Below the pieces are notes generated by a model. That model did no database searches. It had not been told where the DNA came from and saw only the letters and a program-made list of their open reading frames with translations. Positions 14,235 through 27,943 of a stretch of 64,000 nucleotides of DNA are shown here, piece after piece. The stretch covers positions 496,001 to 560,000 of the forward strand of contig AP026169.1 in assembly GCA_030295235.1 (NCBI GenBank). Reading direction: 5' to 3'. Made by a program: the position numbers and the translations under genes. Source of the DNA: Fistulifera solaris. Lineage: Eukaryota. Position 1 is the first letter of the stretch. Every line of letters begins with the position of its first letter.

Positions 14235-14738
14235 GTTTTTTTTTTTGATGAAATCGAAGTGGATATGTGCGATTCGAAGAACGGATGTGAAGCTCCATGC
14301 GGAATGGATTTCGTTCTCACTGTTACCGAATAAAAACCGCGTTCCTGCTTTCCTGGCCTCATTATTGCCCTGGGGCTATTGAAAATACGAATCAGACTCT
14401 TCGCTCCCGAAAATCCTTCCCTCTAGTATCTCGTATTTGGCAGAAATCAGAAATCGTGTATCAGCTATCGGCTGTCCGCTGCAGCTTGTTCTTTGGATAC
14501 TGGTATCCCTCTGATTGTGTAAAAATGTAAATTGCGATGCAATTCTGAATTCTGAAAGCGACTAGCCCCGACTACCTCTATAAAATTTTTAATACATTCC
14601 TTGGTAATTTTATGGTCATCGACGTTTGTGTCACCGGTCATCTTCTGATGGAACACGGTCCAATTACCATTTTACGCTATAGTACCTTAACACATGGGAT
14701 CTACGTTTCTTCTGGTTTTCTGTGCACCATTTCTCAGC

Positions 14739-14817
14739 AAGGTGCGGGAAAAAGTGTACACTCACGTAGGCCCCCGTAGAGAAATGTACCAAGCAGAGGT
14801 GCGTTCCTGTGTCTCCC
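14739..14817. repeat. ~78-bp direct repeat, copy 1
   Basis: AAGGTGCGGGAAAA...GTTCCTGTGTCTCCC recurs at 15256-15333 with 3 substitutions and 1 indel. Confidence 0.9.
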
Positions 14818-15142
14818 GAAGGCCGCTTACCTGGTACCTCTCTGTGAGAACTGGTGTGACTATGTAACGATTTGTTTTTTTCTTTTTTGTGTGTTGCTGA
14901 TCGTCAAGCATCATGCACGCCTTGCTTCTTAGGTAGCTTCTTAAGCAATTTCAATCATTTCTGACACCTGCATTATTTCTGTCCTAGCTTTAGATTTTGA
15001 ACAGTTTCATTTGCGAAAGATTTTCCCAACGCTGTTAACGGTTGGTCTCGGGCCGAAGTCCAAGTTCCAAAATCAAAGCCTATTTCGATTTTCGATACCA
15101 GGGTAGTTAGATATTAATAGATTTACAGTCTCCATGAAACTA

Positions 15143-15219
15143 AAGGACGTTGAAATTCTGCCTCCAGTACAAAATTTTACGTAGCTTCCACGTCGACGCA
15201 GAACTTTAACGACGTTTTC
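15143..15219 (-). mobile_element. Diverged copy of the 81-bp hairpin element
   Basis: Reverse complement matches the elements at 31824 and 42104 (GCTACGTA..ATT..TGTACTGG(G)AGGCAGAATT.AACGTCCTT). Confidence 0.7.
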
Positions 15220-15255
15220 GCAATCAACTCCGTGTGTTGTCTTGCTTGTTGTTGG

Positions 15256-15333
15256 AAGGTGCGGGAAAAGTGTACATTCACGCAGGCCCCCGTAGAGAAA
15301 TGTCCCAAGCAGAGGTGCGTTCCTGTGTCTCCC
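15256..15333. repeat. ~78-bp direct repeat, copy 2
   Basis: Near-identical to 14739-14817. Confidence 0.9.
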
Positions 15334-15678
15334 ATGGTTGCCCCTTAGCCGAAAGTCGACTCCTTTGGGACGACTGACTCGGTACGAGGTTCGGAATGAC
15401 GGTTACGGACGTTATTTTTTTGTCCCTCTTCGATTTCCCCTGTCACGTCCCGTCAGTCTTATTTAAAGGAAAAATCTGGGTCCCAAAAATCGTCGGTACT
15501 GAAACGGTCGGTCAATTTTTCGTCCTTAAAAGAAATGAGTAGGAGCAACCCGGTACCCAAAGTTACTTAGGGAGCGTGAATGGATATTTCGCGCACTCCG
15601 TGCCAAAAGTGATCCGTTTGTCGCCTATCGTTTCCTATTTTCGGCTCCGTTGGTCGAAACACATTCCGCCGTGCTCAA

Positions 15679-17180
15679 ATGACGACTAAAAACAACGTCG
15701 TGAGAGTGCTTTTTTTTATTTGCCACCTCCATTCCTTTTCCTTTTCATTTTCGTTTTGAAGTGACTGTGCCACCGAAACGCGAGATACTTCTCTTTTAAT
15801 TTGTTTCAATATGACGAAGAATCAATTATCGCTCTCCGTTTTAACGATCCTTTTGCCGGAGTATGTTCCGTCGATGCGGCGAATAAAGAATGGAAGATGA
15901 ATATTCCCGATCCTCCGATTGCTTCGATTCGAAAGGATCGTTTTCCTTCACCCGAAGAGCGTTTAAAAGTCTACATGTCCAACTGGTACGTTCCGCCCTG
16001 TGCGGATTCTCCTGAAGGACACGTTCATTACGAATATTACAACGATGACGAAAGTGAATGGCCTCGTCTTCGAGTACAATCGACCGATCGAAATCGAACC
16101 ATCCTGGACCTGTCGAGCCTCATTACACCCGACACGACCTTCTTTCTCGATACAGGAACTGTATTTGATTGTTTATTACCCGAACCGGAATCAAAATACA
16201 AGCATCGCGTGGAATTTCGGAAAAACATGAACATGTATTGCGTCGATGCGGCAACCTCCGTGCTCACGACCACTCAACACGTCAATACCGAGAGAAACTC
16301 CACGATTCCCACCATTGTACAGTTTGGAGACTTGAAGCATTCGCACATTTTCGGTAATGTTACGATTCCTCATTTAAAAAAGTTCCGCTCGGCATCCCAA
16401 TCAGCGGAGAGTCTCCGGCAGGTCGTCGAGGCCCAATGTTACGGTGACGATCGTCCTGTTTTGGAAACCATTCATCAGTTGGATTATATGCAACCGATTG
16501 TTTGGAAATTAGCATCGCGTCGTCATTTTGGAAACTTGGAGAAGGTGCACCGGGAAGACACGGCGTGGGAACACAAGAAGGATATGGCGATTTGGCGAGG
16601 CCAGTTGACGGGATCGCGTGACGGGGGCTTTGACAAGGATTTACCCGCCGAAACCAACTGCATGAGACTGAAACGCTGTCGGTTGGTATACAAACACTCC
16701 AAGAGTCACCTCATTCATGCCCGCTTGACATCGACACGGAAACGTCTTCCGGATGTGTTGAATGGAGTACCGTTGCTCGCGCCCGCGACGACGATTCGCC
16801 GATTGCTTGAGTATAAGGGCATTATCATGTTGGAAGGAAATGATGTGGCGTCGGGGTTGAAATGGGCTTTATTGTCGCAATCAGTAGTCCTTATGCCGCC
16901 CCCGAAGCATACATCCTGGGCAATGGAGGAGCTTCTCGAACCATGGATACATTACGTCCCCTTGAATGAGGATGCTACGGACGTGGAAGAAAAGATGCAA
17001 TGGGTGGTCGACAATGACGATATGGCACGAAGGATTGCCGAAAGAGGATCGTTGTGGATGGAAGATTTAGTGTTTCATCCGGATGCTGCCGAAGAAGACC
17101 GATGGATTCAAGAAGAAATCATACGGAGATATCGAAAGCACTTTGTACAGGGCATTGAGTTAACCAGTGCCGTCGAGTGA
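15679..17180 (+). CDS. Glycosyltransferase family 90 (CAP10/POGLUT-like)
   Basis: 'WEHKKDMAIWRGQLTG', 'YKGIIMLEGNDVASGLKWALLSQSVVLM', 'LEPWIHYVPL', 'ARRIAERG'. The likely N-terminal anchor from ATG 15679 is disrupted in a poly-T tract. Confidence 0.85.
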
Positions 17181-17555
17181 TCTACAACTTACTCGAGATC
17201 GACGTAATCTGCTATTCTTTCGCGGTACCGTCATGAAATAAATCTTATGGAATATGAATACAAGATATTGTTTATGTAAGGCATAATCTAAAGTCTAAGA
17301 TACAAGCTATGTTATGAAATCCGTATGTAATGAAGACTTGGCTACTGATAACTTTTACTCGTGACTCGTGAGCCCTAAGTGTTACCGCACCGACACGGAT
17401 GCAAAAATTGAAAGGAGACCCGGAGAATAACGTACTGGAGCGCCAAAAAGGTCGGCAACCATGAAACATCAACTTGAGACTGTCGTTCCTTTTTCACAAA
17501 GTACTTGTATATCACAATTGAATGGATTTTTGGAACGACTTATTGGATATCTGTC

Positions 17556-18677
17556 ATGAGATTACCATCTTTATCAATCTATTTTTTAATATCCCAAGTT
17601 GTAGCGGCCTTTACAGGTCCACAACGCCATGTCTCCAAAGTCGACCGACTGCTTTCCGCCGTTTCTCAGGAATCGGCAACGACCAGTTCCAATCTTCAGT
17701 CCTTGACGCTCTTTAGTCCTTGCAAAATCAATCTCTTTTACGAATCATTCGTAAGCGACCGGATGGATACCATGATTTGGCGAGTCTTTTCCAAGCCATC
17801 GGATTCGGTGATACACTCGAGCTGTCCATTTTGGGTGACGATGCTACCGAAGATGAGTTTACCTGCAATATGCCTGGTGTGCCGGTCGACTCGTCCAACT
17901 TGGTGTTGCGGGCCTTGGCATTGATGAGAGAAAAGACGCAAGTGGCGACCTATTTCAAGGCCAATTTGATCAAGCAAGTTCCGGCACAGGCGGGTTTGGG
18001 GGGAGGATCAGCGAATGCCGCTACGGCTCTGTGGGGCGCCAATCAACTCATGGGAGAGCCTGCCACATTAGAAGAGGTACGTTATATAGAAAGTGCCGGT
18101 TTGCATGTGTTCTGTTGTGTCGCTCATATCAGGAACTGTGCAGATGGTAGAATGGTCCGGGGCATTAGGCAGTGATATCACGTTTTTCTTGAGTCGGGGG
18201 ACGGCCTACTGTACCGGAAGAGGAGAAATCATGTCGTCCATTGACCCACCGTTGCCGTCCGGGACACCGGTATGTATTGTGAAACCCAATGTTGGACTCT
18301 CCACACCTCAGGTATTCAAGGCACTCGAATACGACAAATTGAGTACGATGGATGCGGATCAGATGTTACTGCCAACCTTTCTAAAAGGTATAGAAAGGGT
18401 TCCGGATGAGATGTTTATCAATGATTTGGAGTTTCCCGCTTTTAAGTGTTTGCCCGAGCTGAAGTTGCTGAAAGAAGAACTTTTGCAAGTGGAAGGGTTT
18501 GATCATGTAATGATGTCCGGCAGCGGCACGAGCATTTTCTGTTTAGGTGCCCCCAAGGACAAAGCCGCTTTTGACAACAAGTTTAAGAGTCGTGAAGATT
18601 TACAAATCTTCTACTCGGAATTTATCAGCAGATCAGAGGGACAGTGGTTCGAAGCTCCACGGTCTAGCACATCATAG
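17556..18677 (+). CDS. ispE: 4-diphosphocytidyl-2-C-methyl-D-erythritol kinase, plastid-targeted
   Basis: 'SPCKINLFLRI..RPDGYHDLASLFQ', 'KQVPAQAGLGGGSANAA', 'LGSDITFF', 'NDLE', 'MSGSG'. Presequence 'VVAAFTG'. Intron 18077-18143; frameshift near 17737. Confidence 0.95.
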
Positions 18678-18783
18678 CTATGAACACTTTAAAAATAAAC
18701 TGATCTTTAGTGAAATTAAGTGATCTTTAGTGGAGTTTATGTTTGAGTTGTGAATCACCGCAATACATTTACACTACGTTCGC

Positions 18784-21700
18784 CTAGGTTCGGCCGGAGG
18801 GTTTGGTTAGGTCCATCTCCTTTTTAATCGTATTGCGTTCCTGCGCAGCTGCTGCAAGGTCACGCCATTTTCGAGCTTGTGCAGGGGTCTTCTGAAGTGG
18901 AGAAAGAGTTAAAAGTCCACGAGTAGAGTGCACAGCCTGTTCAGTTGGTTTCACAGGAGCATTCTTTCGGAACGGGAGAGACGGTTGTTCCCATTTCAAT
19001 ATTTTGGATGAATTGGTGCTAGCAATCGAGAAGCGGTTCTGTTTGATAGTTGAAACCGTGTCTCCAGTTGCAGACGATGCAACACTTGCGCCTCCAACAG
19101 ACATACGATAGCTGGCATACTGGCTGCCAAACCGTTTGCTTCGATCTTGCCGGACGGTGGAGACTGTCTCGTCGTCAACGGTTGATTCTTCAGAAAGGTC
19201 TTGCTGGTAGTTTAACAAGTTTTCAAAATCATCAACATCATCGTCACTCAGACTTTCGTCATCGTTGGAAGCCTCTATGTTCGCTTTGTGTGTCTTAAAA
19301 AGATCTCTCAGCGACTCTCCACCTGAAGAAACAACTGAATAGTTATCTGCCAGAGGATTAAGGTTTGTTGTAAGGTTATCTCCGCTGTCAGACATTACTT
19401 CCAAGGAATGGTGACCTTCATGCAATATGGTTGATTCCTTGGATGATCCAGAATTCGCTTCGGCTTTCTCATTCGATCCAACAAAGCTTCCGTTGATGAG
19501 AGTCGGAGAACGCTCTGTATATCCACCGACTTGGACGGGTGGCTGTCGCCAAATACTGCTGGCCGACTTATCCACGATCTTCGACAAGTAGGGCTGGGTG
19601 CTCTTGGTCTTGCTGGTTTTTTCTTCCATTTCCGCGATTCTGGCAGAGACAATGCTTCCCTTAGTCTTCAACCCTAAAACATGGTTCGTTTCGCCGACGG
19701 GAATCGCCTCGGAATTTTTATTTGAGACTCCTCCTGAAAATTTGGTTCTTGCCTCTTGGAAACGCAAAAGTGGAGAAGCGGTGGCGTGAGTAGAAGTCCG
19801 ACCGCTGCGTAACGGCGTGACTCCATTTACCACGTCGGAATCATGCGCGTATGCCCATCGCGATTGGGTAGTTCGCTCTGGGATCTGGTGGCTCGAGTAA
19901 GCCACATGGGTAGATTCTTCGGGAATTGGAGCAATACTTTCGCGAATCGATGAAATACTACGACGGTATGGTTCGAGCCCGGTAGTGTCTGATAAGTCCG
20001 AAAGTTTGTGACGGATTGGTGGGAATTCAACGGCTGACGGCTTAAGCTCCTGTCCTGGATCTACGTTCATGATGTCAGAGAAACGTACTCGCTTTTCACT
20101 TTGCTTCGAGGCAGCATCTGTCTCCAAAATAGGTACTGGATGGGAGGGGATCGTCACTGGATCCCGTGACACAACAGAGAGCGTACGGCCACGTGACCCC
20201 AAAGTGTTAATGGAGACGGACCCATTCTCTGTCGGGTGCGGGCGAATTGATTGGGGTCTACCAGTGACCTCTGTGCCATCAAGGTAGCTCGGAGAGAATA
20301 GTAACGCCGCGTTGCCCAATACTTGACTAGATAGCATGGGGATGCTCTCGACGGAGATGCAAGGACTAGGCTGTGTGCTAGACATTGCAACTTTTTCAGT
20401 AGAGCGCAGTACAGCACCAGGAGCTCGTACACCATGAGTCGTCAGCCCGCGCTTACTTGACTCCGCTTCACGGAGCTGAGCAAAGAACGGGTAGGACTGT
20501 CGTAGCATATCGGCTGCAGTTGCACCTTTAGCTGCTCTCGTCATCGGTAAGGGATCTGATTGTCTCTTCGAATCTAGTTGGAGATGGTTCGCTTCGTCAT
20601 TACCAACCTCATTCAACATGACATTTTCCGCATTATTGAGTTCTGTAACGTGGCTCTCCTGCTTTGCTTTCGCATGTGAAGTAGCCGAATTTTTCCAACC
20701 GGCAATTTGTAAAAGCGCGGGGAGTTGCAATGAATCGCGATGGACGAGAGAAGAACGACGCGACGTCTTTAGAGATGGACGAAGACTTGCTCGTCTCACA
20801 GAGGGCTGTGTCTTTGCTTCTTTCTCATCATTTGCTCTATGAGGAAGAATACTTGACTGAACAGATGCTTCTGAATTATTCGATAGTCTACGGTCATGTC
20901 CGTCAGGTATTTCGATGCTTTCAGCATTCCCCCAAAATTCACGGACCTTCTCCTTGGTTATCACTTGTGCAGTGCATCCATTCTCAGATTCAAGGGGCAA
21001 AAATGGGTCAGAAGGAGCTGATGCTTCTTGAAAATTCTCTTTGGACTTGTCATGGTGATTCGACTTTCTCTGTCAGTAGGCAAAGGCAATGCTTCAGATG
21101 AAATAACAGTGTTTGTCGTCTTTCGACTGTCCAAGGAGTTCTTTTTTGCTGCGGTAAAGTTGTAGGCGCTGAGAGGCAAATTGACTGCATGAATAACCGT
21201 TCTGCGACTTTCCTGACTATCCATTGATTTCTTGGCTGGATTATCATTCGAGCTCGACATGGAAATGTCAGACACTCTGGCAGCCGTGTCTTGACTTTTA
21301 TAAGCTGCTGGAAGAGTCTGCTTCGTTCCTTGGCTCTCCATTGAAGTTCTTGCTACGGTGTACACGTGTGTTAGCTCCTCCTGCTCTATTTCGGATCCAT
21401 TGTCAGTGAAGAGGCCGGTAGGCCAGGTTTTTGTTCGCTTCCGTACGATTCGACTAGAGAATTCATGTCTGAATAAAGACCAGACGAAACACGCGGTCGA
21501 TAATCATCATCCTCATCACGAACGAAGAGAGCTGCGACTGGGCTGTTGAGTTCATCTACTGCGTCTTGGATGTGCATCTTCAGCAAAGCAGAAGAGTCTG
21601 CCAGCAACGTGCTCTGTGTCAAATGAGTTCTTTCACTAGCTTCCGACCGACGTCCGTTTCGAGAACTATCTTGCATACTTGAAGAGTCGGCATCATAAGA

Positions 21701-22720
21701 GGCACAAGATGATCCGATACTTTTCTTGAAATTCGTTTCGTGAGTCGTACACTTTCTCGCAAGCTTCTTGACCTCGGACTCATTCTTGGTTTGTTTCTCT
21801 TTGCTGTCTAGGCGGTACACCGCGTGCAATCGTGCAACTGACTCCATTTTGTTTCTTGCATGCAGGACATTATCGCTCTCTAATGATCCAGCGCTACTAC
21901 TCGTGCCTGCACTTGACTTTTCCAGCAAGACCGAATCATCTGTGTTGTTTCTGCGAAGATCGTCAGGGGAATCGCCATGGCTTTCAGGAGGAGACACAGT
22001 AGACGGGCCGTGGAATTGAAGATACGGCTCCATGGACTTATTATCAATATTGTGTTGACGTACGGCGGGGAAGTCGCTTAAGGCCGTGATCTTTGCACGC
22101 CGAGTGCTTGCACCAAAGTACTTTTCTTTGACCGAAACCCCAACAATCGGATCCAACTCGTCACCAGTTTCACTTAAACTGTCATTCAAAACCTGCGTAT
22201 GATGTTTCTTCACATCTTTACTGTAGACAGGGTTTGATGCGCCGAGCGTCTGTGGGTTTTGAACGTGATTCATCACCTGCTCTGGATTACAACAACCCAT
22301 GGCCTCGATCTGTTTCTTTGCCTCGTGGCATTTGGCTGTTAAACGACGCTTGTAGACCTTCCAGCGAGTAGAGCGAACTGGATGGTGAGATGGACGGGGC
22401 TGTGTTTTCGAGGGCTGTTCGGGAAAGTAGAATCGATCGGGGGGATTCAAAATTTTGCCGGAGTGACGTTTGCGCGCTGGAGTTTTCCCAACGACCTTGC
22501 TCGTTCGTCGAGTGCTGCTGACATAAATAGTTGGAGGTGCCACAACTTCTCCTGGCTTCAACCGATGACGAAATTGAGAAGGATTCGACACATCAGACAC
22601 AGGTGATATTGGGTGAAATTGTTCCTTTTCGTCGTTGGACCAACCAGCCGGTGGCTTGATGTTCGGGGAACCAATAGCAGCTTCGCGCCGATCGACGGGC
22701 AGCGACGCAGCTTGTCCCAT
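18784..22720 (-). CDS. Large Ser-rich, probably disordered protein with possible N-myristoylation
   Basis: Three collinear ORFs (444, 134, 738 aa) joined by apparent frameshifts; starts MGQAAS (MGxxxS). Confidence 0.65.
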
Positions 22721-23299
22721 GGTTACGCTTTCCTTTTAATGGACAACTATTTAGTTAGAAACAGAACGAATGCTGGTGGTTTGCAATACGCAGACGTTTT
22801 GTTGGCGATGATTTTTTGGAAAATGTGTGACGGATGACGGCTTTCTGATTTGGCCGGGTCGCGGTAAAGTCACTTCATATTAAAAAAATTCATTTGAGTA
22901 TTTAAATATGTATACAAGTGACGTTTTTTTTTCACTGTTAGTGTTTTTCTTTTGGGCACCTTTAGATAGTACTTAGGCAATCATCCGTGACAGACGTTTT
23001 GTATTTAAGAGAATCAATTTGATTTCATATCCAAAGCCAGTGCGACTTTGGGATCTCATTGCGCATCCACAAATGGCGCCCCGCCGACAGCAAGACGCCC
23101 AACAGCTCTGCGCTCTGCGGCGGTTTTATACTTCCGCCCAAGCAATCCATTGCTGCTGAAGACGCCATTCTCCTCCTTGCACTTATAATATACTTTCATC
23201 CGTTGCGATTCTTTCATAAGTTTATTCAAAGGAAGCTATAGACGATCGGTAGAAGTTTTGAAACGCCAGCACTGCGATTAACGTAAAGGGTCTTGCACT

Positions 23300-26200
23300 A
23301 TGACAGAAGACAGCGACGCTAGGGAAGCCACAGCCGAGCTGGGGTAACCTTCTTAGCTTGTTTAGCCCGGGAGCCTCTAAACAAAAAACAAATCCAGAAT
23401 CATCACAAAAGCCCTCGGTTGAGAACGGGATATCGCGTCATCATGGCACTGGTGAACCTACCCCTAAACGCCGACACATGAACCCCAGATACAACCTTCA
23501 ACCGAGCCATTGGAATTCCCCCGCAGTGAATCAGAGACTCATTCAGAGTAAAGCGGAGGAAGGCGGTACTTTGACGCCTTCTACGAATGCCATTGTTCCT
23601 CGGGATTCTGCGACAAACAGTGAACAAAAACCCTTACCGTCATCAACACCGGGCCGTCGAGTTGTGCGAGCAAGACATACTCCCAGTAGATTCCTCTCTG
23701 CAGACATTAAAGTCAACAACTCGGCCTTAATAGCAGGAGAGAGGAAGCTATGGAAGGATCTTTCTGAAAAAACCAGTTTTGCAAAACCCAGATCGGACGA
23801 TGTGAAGCATGTGGGATTCGTACAGGGGCAAATCATGCCGGAAGCCAACCGCCTCTACAACAAACGCGTAATGATCAAAAGACCCCTTCTCACGGAGCCC
23901 GACGAAAGCAAAGACGAAAATACATCTAGTCCAACAGCTCCACAGAGTAAGCGGACTCGTATTTCATTCAACGCTGACGCCTTCTACGGCCGTGAAAGAG
24001 ACAACCATCCTCCAGCACGCAATGTTCATCGGAACACCCACGAGCCAGATGGGAGATCATCCATTGAAACCGAGGTTCCATTGAAGTCCATTTCTACAGA
24101 CCCTATTGTTCTTTGTGAATATAAAGGCTACCGGGATAGCAGAGTGGCAGTGTATGGTGATCCGATGGATGACTACAAGGAGATCAAAAAGCTGCTTCTA
24201 CTGCACCGAAACCAGTTGCCACAGAAGACGAGTCTCCGCCGTGGGAATGTAAGATATGCAAACATTTAAATCCACACGACGAGTCTTTGTGTGTCAAATG
24301 CAAAGAACCTCGGTCGCAGAAAAGTGCTGCTAAAGGCTGGGGAAATCTCTTCGCAGACCAGAAAGATTTGTGGAAATGTAGTAATTGTTCCGTGTTGAAC
24401 AAAAGGACCTCGTCAAATGTGCTTCGTGCGAGACAGAGAAACAGGATGGGTCAAGTTCCATCGTCAACGGCCGTGCTAGCATTGCCACGAAGGCGACAAG
24501 CGTTGCCAGTGAGACTACGTCGGCTAAGTTCACCTTTGGCGCACCGTCATCGGAAGCCACAGCATCATCGGGGTCGCAGCCTTTTGCATTGGGAAACGCT
24601 TCGTCGGAAGCAACAAGTAAGACTCCATCATTTTCTTTTGGAAGTACTCCAGTATCAGCCAGCACACCATCGAAGCCGCCGTCATTTTCATTCGTTAGTG
24701 CTCCCGCTCCATCAAAAACGTCATCGCAGACCCCGTCGTTTTCATTTGGTAATGCTGCTGCTGCTCCGTCTGACTCTTCATCGAAACCTCCGTCGTTTTC
24801 ATTCGGTCAAGCTCCCGCCCCGTCTGACATTTCGTCGAAACCTCCGTCGTTTTCATTCGGTCAAGCTCCCGCCCCTTCTGACGTTACGTCGAAACCTCCG
24901 TCGTTTTCATGTGGTCAATCTACTGCCCCATCGGAACCTCAATCGAAATCTGAAGATGAGGAAACATCAACATCCCCCTTGGCGGCATTCGTTGGTACAT
25001 CTAACCCGACGGAATCTCTGGCAACACCTTTTGCGTTCGGAGGAACTTCCGCTACGTCTGAATCTGCGGCAAAATCAGTAAAGTTTGAAGGTAGTTTAGA
25101 CACAAAGGAGACGTCCAAGAACATGCTACCTTCGTTCGGCGCCAGCTCAGTCAATGCGGACACCGCAGCAAAATCATTCGCTTTCGGTGAGAGTTCGTCC
25201 ACATCAGATACTCCTGCAGATTCTTTCTCTTTTGGCGGTGCTGGTAACTCTGCCGCCTCGGCTTCTTCGCAGAAGCCTTCATTTTCGTTCAGTCCTGCAG
25301 CTCCATCGGGATCTGTAAGTATCCCTCATACGGATTCAAGCGATGAAAAGAAGTTGGATTTGAATGAGAAAGATGGATTGAACTTAGTAGCCCCGCCGCC
25401 GGCACCTTTTGTATTTGGAAGTAGCCAAACTGGTAACGGTCACACTGCCGATACAGCAAGCTTTGGAAACAATGGCACTTCGGTTGCCGCGCCACCACCT
25501 GGTCAGCAAGGAGGTATTCAGCCTTTGAAATTTGGCGCTGCAGCAGAAGCCCAGGAAGATGGTGATTCCTCAAGAAAAAAGACTAAATCATCATTTGGCT
25601 TCAGTGGTGGCAACAATCTAACTTCAATATCAGAAGATTCCAGCGCATTTGGTTCAGTGCCACCGCCAAAGTTTGGCCAAGACAAAGACGGCGCCTTTTT
25701 CAGGGAACGGGCCGTTTGCTGGCCCTGGCAGTGCAAGTGAATCAAACTCATCAGGGTTTGTATTTGGTTCCAGCCAAACATCATTAACGTCGAATGCAAA
25801 TGCCCCAGAAACTCCCGCTAGCTTTGGTCAGCCTTTTGGAACGTCATCTACGTACAGTGGTAATTTCGGAGCGACATCAGTGCAAAGTGATACAAACACC
25901 GCCGTCGGTAACAATGTCCCTAATTTCGGGACAAGTGTATCTACCTCAATTGGCTTTGGGACTTCGTCGAACCCAACAACATTTGGCAACGCTGCTCAAG
26001 CTCCGGCTACATTCGGAGCACCCGCACCACCTGCATTTGGAACGTCAACTCCGGCTTTTGGCGCGCCTGCCGCTTTTGGCTCAGCCCCAGCTCCCGCTTT
26101 TGGCAATCCTGCGTCTGCACCTGCCAACACAGCTCCAATATTTGGCGCAGCTCCTACTCCGTCATCTTCAGCACCGGCATTTGGAAATCCTACTTTTGGC

Positions 26201-26524
26201 GCACCGAATCCTTTTGGTTCCAGTGCCCCTGCTCCAATGGGGTTTGGGATGAATCCTGCTCCAGCACCCGCGGCTCCGACTTTTGGCGGCTTCAATCCGG
26301 CTCCTTCCTTTGGTCAGACTGGACAGGCTCCCAGTTTTGGCGCACCAGCAGTTCCACCCTCTTTTGGACAACCTCCCCAACAACCATCCTTTAGTGCCCC
26401 TCAGGGTTTTGGGGGACAAGCACCTTCGTTCGGTGCTAGCGCAGGTGCAGCCGATGGTGGTTTCAGTTTAGGATCAGGCGGTGCGGCTCCGAAAAGGAGA
26501 ACGGTTCGTGTTCGTCGCAAATAA
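23300..26524 (+). CDS. Nup153/Nup1-like FG nucleoporin with two RanBP2-type zinc fingers
   Basis: 'WECKICKHLN..CVKC' and 'WKCSNCSVLN..CASC'; many FSFG/AFG repeats; C-terminus 'GFSLGSG..KRRTVRVRRK'. Several frameshifts. Confidence 0.8.
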
Positions 26525-26688
26525 GCAAAAATACAACAATAGTAGATACACTGTCACATACTCTATTGTAGATCTAAATATGGAGTGATGATGATATCAT
26601 TGTGTCTTTCTTTAATCGGCTAGGACACTTGCAAGTTGAGCCCAACTATGAAGAAATGTTATGATGGGTGTGCATAGCCCGCTTTTTA

Positions 26689-27191
26689 CTACTTTTTTTT
26701 AACTTGAATATTATGCAAGAACGTTTGTTTCGTTTTTACCCTTGCAAACGCTACTCCTGTTGAATGAGTGGTATGGAAGTTCATTTCCGAGAGACGTACG
26801 TGATGTTGACACTTCTTTCTGAGATCTCGCCATTGCTGTCGCGACTCCTTAAACGCCTTAACGTTGATTTTGGAGTTGGGTGCTTTCGATACAAGATGAT
26901 CTTTCTTTCGCAATCGCACCTGACCAATCGGACTTGGAAACACCTTAAGGAAAGGAAAGCTTCTTACTCAATCCTGTTGATGTGCAATGTGATATCACCG
27001 AGAGGATGTCGATCTTCCCCCTGCGAGTGAATCGAGCTATAGGAAGGAGTTGAATGTATTACACCATCATCGTAGCTATTTTCTGATCCATTGGAAAGAA
27101 ACTGACTCGATCGTTGCCCCATTGGTTGAGAGCTTCGAGGAAGTCCCATGGTCTCGTTTGTTGTTGAGAAAGACCAAATGCTTGAGAACAT
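26689..27191 (-). CDS. Possible hypothetical protein (two collinear short ORFs)
   Basis: ORFs 26964-27191 and 26689-26943 lie on the same strand; no domain recognised. Confidence 0.25.
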
Positions 27192-27943
27192 GACTGTGAT
27201 TAGTTGAGTGAATTACTGTAAATGTTCTATGCAAGGATCAAGATTTTTAATGAAATGATTGTCGATGAACCTCTTTTTAGCAAATAATGAAGCCGAAGTG
27301 CCAATAACTACTATTATGGATCGTGTCTTCCGTTCCAAGATCGCACTGTTCGGCTTTGGCACGGATAGTACACTTCTCAATATAGTTATTCGATCGCTGA
27401 ACACGATAGGATGGTGAAGAAAGTGTTCTTGTCGCATAAACTCTTTAAACATTACTCCGTGACACTCTGAAAACATATAGTACGAACCGTCATAGAAAAC
27501 GTTGCGACGAAGAACGAGCAGTTGCTGCTTTTGCTCGTTTTTATGGCGCAAGACACAGCGACGACGAACATGGGACGATGATGGTGAGCACCTCCGGCTC
27601 CGACGGTCAGCAATCTTGAGACCTTTCTCACTTGATCGATGATCATTTGTTTTTAAGTGAAAGGAGCACTTTCAAACAGTCTTGAACTTTTCATTGCACA
27701 GAACGAGTGAAAGGCCGCATTCGTTATCGCCAGCGTCATTGTCAACCACAACCAGTACTTTATATTATCTCCGTGACTCAAAAACAAACGGAGAGCAACA
27801 CTTTGCCGTCTTTTCGAAGCAACGGCAAAATTTCAAGCACATCCAGTTCTGTACGTCCTCGCCGGACGGCTCCTCGAGATAATCTGAATACGTGGGAGGA
27901 AACTGCAGTAAGATACGGAAACGAAGAAGAGGAGAGTGGTGAC

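Noticed and set aside
14821..14890. U1 snRNA-like CTTACCTGG
   Set aside because: Only 9 nt match; no U1 stem-loops are recognisable.
24660..24920. 60-bp tandem repeats
   Set aside because: Ordinary SKPPSFSFG nucleoporin repeats.
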